The notes under the pieces were generated by a model. The model was not told the origin of the DNA. It ran no database searches and saw only the letters and a program-made list of their open reading frames with translations. A DNA stretch of 64,000 nucleotides, taken from NCBI RefSeq assembly GCF_963921235.1, contig NC_086108.1, positions 106,642,001 to 106,706,000 of the forward strand. The letters run 5' to 3'. The translations under genes and the position numbers were made by a program. Below are positions 36,540-48,370 of this stretch, in pieces (the stretch's first letter is position 1; each line of letters begins with the position of its first letter). Source of the DNA: Mobula hypostoma (taxonomy: Eukaryota).

Positions 36540-39500
36540 AGCGTAGATCAGTACTTGGAATTATGATGTTGTGGCCATTACAGAGACTTGGATGGCTCAG
36601 GGGCAAGAGTGGTTACTTCAAGTACCAGGCTTTAGATGTTTCAGAAAGGATAGGAAGGGAGGCAAAAGATGTGGGTGTGTGGCACTGTTGATCACAGATA
36701 GCGTCACATAGAATAGTACAGCACAGTACAGGCCCTTCGGCCCACAATGTTGTGCTGACCCACAAACCCTGCCTCCCATATAACCCCCCACCTTAAATTC
36801 CTCCACATACCTGTCTAGTAGTCTCTTAAACTTCACTAGTGTATCTGCCTCCGCCACTGACTCAGGCAGTGCATTCCACGCACCAACCACTCTCTGAGTG
36901 AAAAACCTTCCTCTAATATCCCCCTTGAACTTCCCACCCCTTACCTTAAAGCCATGTCCTCTTGTATTGAGCAGTGGTGCCCTGGGGAAGAGGCGCTGGC
37001 TGTTCACTCTTTCTATTCCTCTTAATAGCTTGTATACCTCTATCATGTCTCCTCTCATCCTCCTTCTCTCCAAAGAGTAAAGCCCTAGCTCCCTTAATCT
37101 CTGATCATAATACATACCCTCTAAACCAGGCAGCATCCTGGTAAATCTCCTCTGTATCCTTTCCAATGCTTCCACATCCTTCCTATAGTGAGGCGACCAG
37201 AACTGGACACAGTACTCCAAGTGTGGCCTAACCAGAATTTTATAGAGCTGCATCATTACATTGCGACTCTTAAACTCTATCCCTTGACTTATGAAAGTTA
37301 ACACCCCATAAGCTTTCTTAACTACCCTATTCACCTGTGAGGCAACTTTCAGGGATCTGTGGACATGTACTCCCAGATCCCTCTGCTCCTCCACGCTACC
37401 AAGTATCTTGCCATTTACTTAGTACTCTGCCTTGGAGTTTGTCCTTCCAAAGTGTACCACCTCACACTTCCTGGCCCTTGTGGCTAAAGGGATCAGGGGG
37501 TAGGGGGGGAAGGATGGTGCAGGGTTCAGAGTCGGATGATCAGCCATGATCATACCGAATGGCAGTGCAGGCTCGAAGGGCCGAATGGCATACTCCTGCA
37601 CCTATTTTCTATGTTTCTCCAGGTTGAACTCCATCTGCCACTTCTCAGCCCACTTCTGCATCCTATCAATGTCTCCCTGCCATCTTTGACAGTCTTCTAC
37701 ACTATCTATAACACCACCAACCTTTGTGTCATCTGCAAACTTGCCAACCCACCCTTCTACCCCGACATCCAGGTCGTTAATAAAAATCACGAAAAGTAGA
37801 GGTCCCAGGTCACGGCTGCAGAAAAGGAGGAAGTCATGGAGGGGTTGTCTACGGAGTCTCTGTGGGTGGAAGTTAGGAACAGGAAGGGGTCAATAACTCT
37901 ATGAGGCGTTTTTTATAGACCACCCGATAGTAACAGGGACATCGAGGAGCTGATAGGGAGACAGATTCTACAAAGGTGTAATAATAACAGGGTGTCGTGA
38001 TGGGAGATTTTAATTTCCCAAATATTGATTGGCATCTCCCTAGAGCAAGGGGTTTAGATGGGGTGGAGTTTGTTAGGTGTGTTCAGGAAGAGATCTTGAC
38101 ACAATATGTTGATAAGCCTATAAGAGGAGAGGCCGTACTTGATTTGAAATTTGGAAGTGAACCTGGTCAGGTGTCAGATCTCTCAGTGGGAGAGCATTTT
38201 GGAAATAGTGATCATAATTCTCTCTCCTTTATCATAGCATTGAAGAGGGTTAGGAACAGACAAGTTAGGAAAGCATTTAATTGTAGTAAGGGGAGATATG
38301 AGGATACCAGGCAGGAACTTAGAAGCATAAATTTGAAACAGATGTTCTCAGGGAAATGTACGGCAGAAATGTGGCAAATGTTCAGGGGATATTTGCATGG
38401 AGTTCTACATACATAAGTTCCAATGAGACAGGGAAAGGATGGTAGGGCACAGGAACCGTGGTGTACAAAGGCTGTTGTAAATCTGGTCAAGAAGAAAAGA
38501 AAAGCTCACCAGTGGTTCAAAAAATTAGGCAATTTAGAGATCTAAAAGATTATAAGGCAAGCAGTAAAGAGCTTAAGAATGAAATTAGGAGAGCCAGAAG
38601 GGGCCATGAGAAGGCATTGGCGGACAGGATTAAGGAAAACTCCAAGGCATTCTACAAGTATGTGAAGAGCAAAAGGATAAGGCATGACAGAATAGGACCA
38701 ATCACGTGTGACAGTGGAAAAATGTGTATGGAACCGGAGGAAAGAGCAGAGGTGCTTAATAAATACTTTGCTTCGGTGTTCACTACAGAGAAGAAATGTG
38801 GCGATTGTAGGGATGACTTACAGCGGGCTGAAAGACTTGAGCATATAGATATTAAGAAAGAGGATGTGCTGGAGCTTTTGGAAAGCATCAAATTGGATAA
38901 GTCACCGGGACCGGATGAGATGTACCCCAGGCTACTGTGGGAGGTAAGGGTAGAGATTGCTGTGCCTCTGGCAATGATCTTTGCATCATCAATGGGGATG
39001 GGAGAGTTTCCAGAAGATTGGAGGGTTGCGGATGTTGTTCCCTTATTCAAGATAGGGAGTAGAGATAGCCCAGGAATTTATAGAGCAGTGAGTCTTACTT
39101 CAGTTGTTGGCAAGTTGATGGAAAAGATCCTGACAGGCAGGATTATTGAACATTTGGAGACATATGATATGATTAGGAATAGTCAGCATGGCTTTGTCAA
39201 AGGGAGGTCGTGCCTTATGAACCTAAGTGAATTTTTTGAGGATGTGACTAAACACATTGATGAAGGTAGAGCTACAGATGTACTGCATACGGATTTCAGC
39301 AAGGTATTTGATAAGGTACCGCATGCAAGGCTTATTGAGAAAGTAAGGAAGCATGGGATCCAAGGGGACATTGCTTTGTGGATTGTGAATTGGCTTGCCC
39401 ACAGAAGGCAAAGACTGGTTGTAGATGGGTCATGTTCCACATGGAGGCCGGGTACCAGTGGTGTACCTCAGGGATCTGTTCTGGGACCCCTACTCTTCGT

Positions 39501-40433
39501 GATTTTTATAAATGACCTGGATGAGGAAATGGAGGGTTAGGTTAGTAAGTTTGCTGATGACACAAAGGTTAGGGGTGTTGTGGACAGCGGGACATTGATA
39601 GGATGCAAAACTGGGCTGAAAAATGTCAGATGGATTTCAACCCAGATAAGTGTGAGGTGGTTCATTTTGGTAGGTCAAATAGGATGTCAGAATATAGTAT
39701 TAATTGTAAGACTCTTGGCAGTGTGGAGGATCAGAGGGATCTTGGGCTCCGAGTCCATAGGACACTCAAAGCTGCAGCGCTGGTTGACTCTGTGGTTAAG
39801 AAGACATACGGTGCATTGGCCTTCATCAACCATGGGATTGAACTTAGGAGCCGAGAGGTGATGTTGCAACTACATAGGACCCTGGTCAGGCCCCTCTTGG
39901 AGTACTGTGCTCAGTTCTGGTCGCCTCACTGCAGGAAGGATGTGGAAACTATAGAAAGTGTACAGAGGAGATTTACAAGGATGTTGCCTGGATTGGGAAG
40001 CATGTCTACGAGAATAGGTTGAGTGAACTTGGCTTTTTCTCCTTGGAGCGACAGAGGATGAGAGGTGACCTGATAGAGGTGTACAAGTTGATGAGAGGCA
40101 TTGGTCGTGTGGGTAGTCAGAGATTTTTTCCCGGGGCTGAAATGTCGAACACGAGAGGGCACAGTTTTAAGGTGCTTGGAAGTAGTTACAGAGGAGATGA
40201 GAGTGGTAAGTTTTTTTACGCAGAGAGTGGTGAATGCGTGGATTGGACTGCCGGCAACGGTGATGAAGGCAGATACGATAGGGTTAAGAGACTTCTGGAC
40301 AGGTATATGGAGCTTCGAAAAATAGAGGGGTATGGGTAAACCTAGGTAAATTCTAAGTTAAGGACATGTGTGGCATAGCTTCGTGGGCTGAAGGGCCTGT
40401 ATTGTGCTGTAGGCTTTCTATGTTTCTATGTTT
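36540..40433 (+). mobile_element. Long CR1 ORF2 (endonuclease + RT + 3' tail), disabled, interrupted at 36708-37808
   Basis: VAITETW, YRPP and GDFNFPNIDW (APE); 360-aa ORF 38458-39540 with RT motifs; (TTTCTATG)n tail. Confidence 0.95.
36708..37808 (-). mobile_element. Young CR1 (same subfamily as 19730-21475) nested in CR1, itself containing a + CR1 tail at 37471-37614
   Basis: TSD GTCAC (36703-36707, 37809-37813); ORF 36618-37394 is the CR1 ORF2 C-terminus. Confidence 0.9.
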
Positions 40434-40969
40434 CAATTACTCTGGTGCGCTGCTATCGATGGCCTATGCCCAATAGGGGCGATGGTAAGTAAGCTTGATA
40501 TGTTGGAAGTTATAAATTGTACAGTACAGAAATAAACCCTTGTAGCAGCACATCCTGCCCAATCTTACTGGGCATCTAACCTGAAAGCACGTACCACCTT
40601 ATCCATAATCACCATTCGCAAAGGTGCACCAGAAGGATATGGCCCAAGTGCGAGAGAGCCAGAGAGACACTGAACCGGGCCGAAAGTTCACTCACTTTAA
40701 TGTGAGCTTTGAGAATTTTAAGGGAAAGGAAAACAATAAATGCCAGGCCAACAGGGCCAGTAACTAAAACTCTCAAACTGAAAATAAATCGCCAACACCA
40801 CAGCCGAAAGCAATATCAAAATACTAAACAAATATCGCTCCTTTCCAGTGTCAGTTGAAGTACTACTCCTCTTTCTCAGACAAGGATGAGGGTTAGCAGA
40901 GAGCATCATGTCGGTGCTTTGCTCAAGTCTCAACAAGACTGTAGTGAAAAGTAGGGAGTTATATGCCAC

Positions 40970-43900
40970 CATAATTAGGTGGCAGATGAATATGTGGCTG
41001 AAGAATTAGAGCAGGGTGCAGCGATTCAGATTTCTGGAAAACTGGGGCCTCTTTTGGGGCTGGTGTGACCTGTACAAAAGGAAGAGTTGCACTTGAATCC
41101 AAGGGACCAATATTCTTGCAGGAAGGTTAACTAGAGCTGTTTGGAGTGGTTTAAACTAATATCAGAGGGGGATGGGAACCAGGATGATGGAGCTGAGGAT
41201 GAGCCAGCAGGTTTACAAGTAGATAATGGATGTAACATGAACGTAAGGAAGGACAAGCCAATGGTTGGGTACAAATACAGACAGAGCAAAGAGTTAAATT
41301 GTACCACAGAGCAAAAATTCAAAAGGGTGAAGAATATACGACTGAAGGTGCTGTATTTAAATGCACATACTTGTAGCATTCAGAATAAGGTGCCAAACTC
41401 ATGGCACAATTAGAAATTGGTTGGTATAATGTTGTGGGCACTGAGCTGTGGTTGAAAGAAGGCCATAATTGGGAGCTTATCACCAAAGGATATACCTTGT
41501 GTTGAAAGGACAGGCAGAAAGGGATAGGCAGTGGTGTGGCTCTGTTGGTTAGAGATGGAATTACATTTTTAGAAAGAGGTGACATAGGGTCAGAGAATGT
41601 TGAATCCTCATGGGTAGAGTTAAGAAACTGCAAGGGCAAAAAAAAAATTATGGGAATCATATATAGGCCTCCAAATAGTAGCTAAGATGTGGGGTTGGGA
41701 TTGCATAGGGCGTTGGAAAAGGCATATAATAGTAGAGCTACTAGGACTTGATTCAGCCATGATCACAGTGAATGGTGGTGCTGGCTCGATGGGCTGAATG
41801 GCCTACTCCTGCACCTATTGTCTATTGACTTGATGTTTCAATCCCTATGATAAGATGGCACTCTTGATGTTGGCGGTGGGTTTGGAGTGGTGACAAGGAG
41901 GAAGGGTAGGTACATCATCGGGGTCATCAGGTGGGCACCCTCCTTCTTTGATGTTTCGTTGATAAGCCCGCGACGTCTCCAGAGGGTTCAACGGTGCTAC
42001 CTGTCGTCCCAGATACACCCCCTCAGTTCCATACCCTCCTGTCTTCATCTTGCAGCCCAGTTGTTGTCCTTCCTTTTAATCCAAATCCAATTGCTGCTTT
42101 CTTCTGCTGCATTTGACAAGGACTTGATTGCTTGTTGGAGGGAGTGACCCCTCACCCCCATCTTCAATAGACTGGTCGTAGATGTAGCAACGAATTCCCT
42201 GCATCCCACTCCTACAGGGAAAATCTTGGTCTTCCAGCCATTCTGGGCAGCTTCAGTTGCCAGTTCAGAGTACTTGGTCTTTTTCCCCTCATAAGCTTCT
42301 TCAACACCATCTTCCCATGGTACTGTCAATTCCACAACATCTGACAGCTTGGCTGTTGTGGACCACAGGACCATGTCTGGTCGGAGCATTGTAGCCGTAC
42401 TGTTAAAGGTAATGACAACTGAAATGGGGGACTTCAATATGCAAGTGAATTGGGAAAATTAGGTTGGTGTCAAATTGCAAAAGAGAGAATTAGTTGAAAG
42501 CCTACGTGGTGGCTTTTTAGAGCAGCTTGTGCTTGAGCCTCATCGGGGAAAGGTTATCTTAGACAGTGTGTTGTGTTAGCTCAGATCTTATTAGGGAGCT
42601 TAATGTAAAGAAACCCTTAGGAGGCAGTTATCATTATATGATTGAATTCATATTGCAGTTTGATATGGAGAAGCATAAGTCACATGCATCAGTATCACAA
42701 TGGAATAAAGGGAACTACAGAGGCATGAGAGGGGAGCTTGCCCAGGGGGATACTGGTGGGGATGATGGCAGAACAGAGGTGGCGGAAGCTTTAGGGAATA
42801 GTTCACAAGGTGCAGGATAGATATTCCCCACAGAAGAAGTTCACAACTGCCAGGGCTAGGCAATCGTGGTGAACAAGGGAAGGTAAACTGCATAAAAGCC
42901 AAGGAAGGGGCATACAAGATAGGAAAAGTGAGTGGGAAGTTGGATTATTGGAAAGCTTTTAAAATCCAACAAAAGACAACTAAAAAAGCTATAAGAAGGG
43001 AAAAGATGAAATATGAGGGGAAACTAGCCAAAGATGTAAAGCAGGATACCAAAAGATTTTTTTCGTTATATAAAGAGTAAAAGGGAGATTAACTTGGGGC
43101 TGGGGTCGGGTACTTCCAATGCATCAACAGTTGTCAGTGCCTGGAGGTTTATGGCAGAGAGTGTTTCTCCCATCTGCTGCCTGCTGTCGGGGACTATCAG
43201 GAGTCGATCAGAACTTTGAGACTATTTTTTACCGTTCTCATGGTCTATCCTTTATCAAATTATGGTATTGGTTTGCACTGCTGTAACTACATGTTATAAT
43301 TATGTGGTCTTGTCAGTGTTAGTCTTTGGTTTGTCCTTTTTTTTGTGATATCACTCCGGAGAAACATTGTATCATTTCTTAATGCATGCATGCATTTCTA
43401 AATGACAATAAACGAGGACTGAGTGTCTTCATAATCTAATCTAATCTAATTTAATATTGGACCACTGGAAAGTGATGCTGGTGAGGTAGTAATGAGGGAC
43501 AAAGAAATGGCAGATGAACTTAATGGGTACTTTGCATCTGTCTTCACTGTGAAAGACACTAGCAGTGTGCCAGGGGTCCGTGAGTGTCAGGGAGCAGGAG
43601 TGAGTGCCATTGCTATTACAATGGAAAATGTGTTAGACAAACTGAAAGGTGTTAAGATTGTTAAGTCACCTGGACCAGATGGACTATATCCCAGAGTCTT
43701 GAGAGAGGTTGCTGAAGAATAATGGATGCATTGGTCATGATCTTTCAAGAATCATTTGATTCTGGCATGGTCTGAGAGGACTGGAAGATTGCAAATGTCA
43801 CTTCATACTTTAGGAAGGGTGGAAGGCAAAAGAAAGGAAATTATAGGCCAGTTAGCCTAACCTCTGGTTGGTAAAGTGTTGGAGTTTATTATTAAGGATG

Positions 43901-45250
43901 AGATTTCGGGGTAATTGGAGCCTAATGCTAAAATAAGTCAATGTCAGCATGGTTTCTGTCAAGGGAAATTTTGCCTGATATATATGTTAGAATTCTTCAA
44001 GGAAGTAACAAGCAGGGTGGACAAAGGAGAGGTTGTGGATGTCATTTACTCGGATTTTCAGAAAGCATTTGATAAGGTGACACACAAGAGGCTGCTTAAC
44101 AAGATAAAATCCTATGGTGTTACAGAAAAGATACTGGCATTGATAGCGGAATGGCTGACAAGCAGGAGGTAACAAGTGGGAATAAAGTGGACCTCTTCTG
44201 GTTGGCTGTCGGTGACTAGCGGTGTTCCTCAGGGGTCAGTATTGGGACCACTACTTTTCACATTGTTTGTCAATAATTTAGATAATGGAATTGATGTATT
44301 TGTGGCAAAGTTTCCAGATGATACAAAGATTCGTGGAAGGGTAGGTAGTGCTGAGGAAGCAAGGTGACTGCAACAGGATTTAGACAAATTGGAAGAATGG
44401 GCAAAAAAGTGGTGGATAGAATATAGTGTTGGGAAATGTATGATACTGTATTTTGGTAAAAGAAACAATAGTGCAGACTATTACCTAAATGGGGAGAAGG
44501 TTCAAATATCAGAGATGAGAGGGACTTAGGAGTCCTTGTGCAAGACTCCCGGAAGGTTAATTCACAGGTTGAGTCTGTGGTAAAGAAGGCAAGTGCAATG
44601 TCGGCATTTATTTCAAGGTGAATAGAATACAAAAACAAATAGATAATGCTGAAGCTTTATAAGAAACTAGTCAGGCTACACTTGGAGTACCTGTCAGCAT
44701 TTTAGGGCCCCATCTCTCAAAAAGGATATGCTGTCATGGAGTCATGGAGGGAGTCCAGAGGAGGTTCACAAGGAAGATTCTGAGAATGAAGTGTTTAACA
44801 TATGAGGAGCGTTTGGTAACTTTGGGCCTGTACTCATGGGAATTTGGAAGATTGTGTGGGGAATCTCATTGAAACCTCCCGTATGTTGAAAGGACTAGAT
44901 AGGGTGGATGTGGAGAGGATGTTTCCTTTGGTGGGGGTATCCAGAACTAGAGGGCACAGCCTCAAAACTGAGTGGTGACCTTTTAGAACAGAGGTAAGGA
45001 GATTTTTTTTTTAGCCAGAGAGTGGTGAATCTGTGGAATGCTCTGTTGTAGACTGTGGTGGAGGCCATGTCCATGGATATTTTTAGGACAGAAGTTGATC
45101 GTTTCCTGATCGGACTGGGCATCAAAGTATATAGCGAGAAGGCAGGTGTATGGGGTTGAGTGGGATCGGGGATCAGCCATGATGAAATGGTGGGGCAGAT
45201 TTGATGGGCTGAATGGCCTAATTCTGCTCTTATGTCTTAAGATCTTATAA
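40970..45250 (+). mobile_element. Near-full-length degenerate CR1 (ORF1 esterase end, ORF2 EN+RT, 3' tail) with inserts at ~41731-42403 and ~43090-43452
   Basis: WQMNMWLK..FRFLENWGLFWG..DLYKR..LHLN..GTNILAGR resembles the CR1 ORF1 SGNH-esterase C-terminus; [29 protein letters not shown] and KFPDDTK follow. Confidence 0.9.
41845..42403 (-). mobile_element. Restriction-like-endonuclease (HERO/NeSL/R4-group) non-LTR retrotransposon 3' fragment
   Basis: LRPDMVLWS...VELTVPWE...EAYEGKKTKY...FPVGVGCR: PD-(D/E) REL motif; stop at 42045, then 3' UTR. Confidence 0.8.
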
Positions 45251-45339
45251 TGAAACAGTAATTAAGTGGAACATGCATATTCATGAGCATAATTGCCAAA
45301 CCTGATGCGCAGCCTGGCTGCAAGGGAGCGCAGACCCCA

Positions 45340-46350
45340 CAGCAGAGTTGTGGTTGCGACACAAGGCTATGTACTTAGCCCCATGCTCTACTTGCTTTAC
45401 ACCTATGACTGTGGGTGAAACACAGCTCCAATTCCATACTTAAGTTTGCTAAAGATTCCGCTGTTATTGGCCAAATCAAATGTGGTGACGAATTGGCGTA
45501 CAGGAATGAGATTGCTCAACCGCCGCCTCTCCCTCACTGTCAGCAAAAAGAAGGAGCCAGTTCCTGACTACAGGAAGAAGAAACTGGGGGTCCATGAACC
45601 AGTCCTTATTAGGGAATTGGGGGGTGGAGAGAGTCAGTTCCTGGGTGTTTTTGTCCTGGGATCAGCACACAAGTGCTATTACAGAGAAGGCATGACAGTA
45701 ACTCCACTTTCTTCAAAGTTTGCACAGATTCAGCATGTCATCTGAAACTTTGACAAACCTCTACAGATGCACAGTGGAGGGTATCCTGACTGGCTGCATC
45801 ACTGCCTGGTATAGAAACACCAATGTCCAAGAATAGAAAAGCCTATCAAAAGCAGTGGATACAGTCCAGTCCAACACAGGCAAAGACATCCCCAACTTTA
45901 AGCACATCTACAAGGAACACTGCCCCAAGAAAGCAGCATCCATCATCAAAGACCCCCAACATCCATGCTGTGTTCTCTTCTCACTACTGCTATTGGGAAA
46001 GATATACAGAAACCTTAGGTCCCACACCACCAGGTTCACAGACAGGTATTACCTTCAGACATCAGGCTCCTGGACCGGCATGGATAACTTCACGCACCTC
46101 AACACTGAAGCTATACCACAACCTATGGACTCACTTTCAAGGACTCTACAGCTCATGTTCTCAGTATTATTTATACATTGTATTTGCACAGCCTGTCTTC
46201 TTGTCTTCTTTTGCACATTGGTTGTTTGTCAGTCTTTGCTTGTGTGTAGTTTTTCATTGATTCTATTGTATCTTTTGTTCCATTCTGAGTACCTGCAAAA
46301 AAAGAATCTCAGGGTAGGATACAGTGACTTTTGATGATAAATTTACTTCG
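45340..46350 (+). mobile_element. Degenerate Rex1/Babar LINE
   Basis: Q(G)YVLSPMLY, LKFA, ILTGCITAWY and SIIKDPQHP motifs. Confidence 0.8.
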
Positions 46351-46438
46351 TTTTTAAAAAATCTTTAATTAGAGATACAATGCAGTTGGCTTAACAAGCC
46401 GTACCAACCAGCAACCCACCTATTTAACATTGGATTAA

Positions 46439-46501
46439 AAGCAACACACATAAAAGTTGCTGGTGAACACAGCAGGCCAGGCAGCATCTCTAGGAAGAGG
46501 T
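46439..46501 (-). mobile_element. 63-bp Penelope-terminus fragment inserted in a minus V-SINE
   Basis: Perfect 12-bp TSD ACATTGGATTAA (46427-46438, 46502-46513); sequence matches 48372-48433. Confidence 0.85.
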
Positions 46502-48201
46502 ACATTGGATTAATCTCAGGATAGTTAACAATGTGCATTTAACCTACTAATTGGTATGTCTTTGGACTGTAGGAGGAAACTGGATCACCCAGAGGAATTC
46601 CATGTGGCTCACAGGGAGAACATACAAACTCCTTAGAGGCGGGGTTGGGGAATTGACCTCCAAACTCTGGCATGCCTTGAGCTGTAATACTGTCACACTA
46701 ACTGCAACGCTACCGTGGTGCCCAAACTTTGAACTTTATACCAGGTTCAGGAACATCTTTTGCCCCACTGTTATGGAATGGTTCCCCAGTACACTTGACC
46801 ACACAATCTACCTCGTTATGACTTTGCACCTTATTATCTATCAGCAATGCAGTCTCTCTGTGCCTGATGACATATAGTTTGCATTCTGTTATTGTTTTAC
46901 CTTGTACTACCTAAATGTGTAATGAATTGATCTGAATGAACAGTATGCAAGACAAGTTTTTCATTGTACATTGCCACATCTGACATTGTATACCAATTCC
47001 AATTACAATCCCACTTGCTCGTACTTGGGCCACATCCTTCAGCGCCTTGTCTAGTTAAATATCTGTCTAACCGATTCACGAATATAGCGACTGTGCCTGA
47101 TTCCTTAGCCTTCTGTGACAACACATTCTAGTTATTAAAGTTCAAAGTGCATTTTATTATTGAAGAATGTAGATTTTATACAACCTTGAAATTTGTCTCC
47201 TAACAGACAGGCCATGAAACAAAGAACCCAATGGAACCCATTAAAAACAAAAGAAGATCATCTGAACACCCAGTGAGCAGAGAAAGAGAGAGAAAGGAAA
47301 CATATCATGTAAACAATAAAAACAAGCAGACAGCATTCAGAGCTGAAATTCACAATGCCAAGCATCACAGCAGCTGATCCAGAAGTCCAGTAGTTGCAGG
47401 TCACAGCCTCAGTCCAGCACCCCATGGAGCTGCGAGCCTAACCAGCTCTTTTCACACCTCTGACCCCAACACCCTGACCATTTCATTCTGGCCTAGCTCT
47501 TAAATCGCCCAGAAGTCAGGTCGATCCTCACTCTTGTACTCAGGCCCTGCCACTTTAACATGGCCAGTTCCCAACCTTTCCAATTCAGCTCCATCAGATC
47601 AAACCTCAGACCTCTTCTCACCTCAGCCGCTTTGAATTATCCAATCTTTCCAATTCGGCACATGGAAATCGATCAGACCACAGACCTTTCCTCACCTTGG
47701 CTCTGCCAATGTTGCAATGTTGTGCAAGTTAATTGAGCTAACACTAACTAATCCCATTTGCCAATATAAGGTCTATATCTCTCCTTTCGTGTGCCTGTCT
47801 AAAAGCTTCTTAAATCTCTCCAATGTACCTACTTCCACCACCACCCCTGGTTGTACATTCCAGGCACCCACCACTCTTTGTGTCAAAAACTTGTCCCTCA
47901 CCTCTCCTTTGAAATTCACACTCTCCCACCCCCCCCACCCCAATTTATCTTCAATCAATGCTGGCTAGTACTAGATATTTCAACACTGGGGAAGAGATAT
48001 TGTCTGTCTACTCTACCTAAAGCATTCTTCTAGGGTGCATCACAACCTGGTATGGAAGTTGTCCTGTCCAAGACCGGAAGAAGCTGCAGAAGATCGTGAA
48101 CATGGCGCAGCACATCACACAAACCAATCTTCCGTCCATGGAACATACATCAAAGTTGCTGGTGAACGCAGCAGGCCAGGCAGCATCTCTAGGAAGAGGT
48201 G

Positions 48202-48235
48202 CAGTCGACGTTTCAGGCCGAGACCCTTCGTCAGG
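48202..48235 (-). ncRNA. Hammerhead core, minus strand, with the helix-I 5' strand disrupted by the duplication junction
   Basis: TTCAC|CTGACGA-AGGGTCTCGGCCT-GAAA-CGTC-GACTG. Confidence 0.7.
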
Positions 48236-48274
48236 TGAACGCAGCAGGCCAGGCAGCATCTCTAGGAAGAGGTG

Positions 48275-48312
48275 CAGTCGACGTTTCAGGCCGAGACCCT
48301 TCGTCAGGACTA
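48275..48312 (-). ncRNA. Minimal type-I hammerhead ribozyme (intact), minus strand
   Basis: Exact reverse complement of 48333-48370. Confidence 0.85.
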
Positions 48313-48332
48313 ACTGAAGGAAGTCCTTCAGT

Positions 48333-48370
48333 TAGTCCTGACGAAGGGTCTCGGCCTGAAACGTCGACTG
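48333..48370 (+). ncRNA. Minimal type-I hammerhead ribozyme (intact); predicted cleavage after C48365
   Basis: TAGTC | CTGACGA | AGG-gtctcgg-CCT | GAAA | CGTC^ | GACTG. Confidence 0.85.

Noticed and set aside
38458..39540. Longest ORF (360 aa) as a host gene
   Set aside because: It is a CR1 ORF2 RT segment bounded by frameshifts and stops
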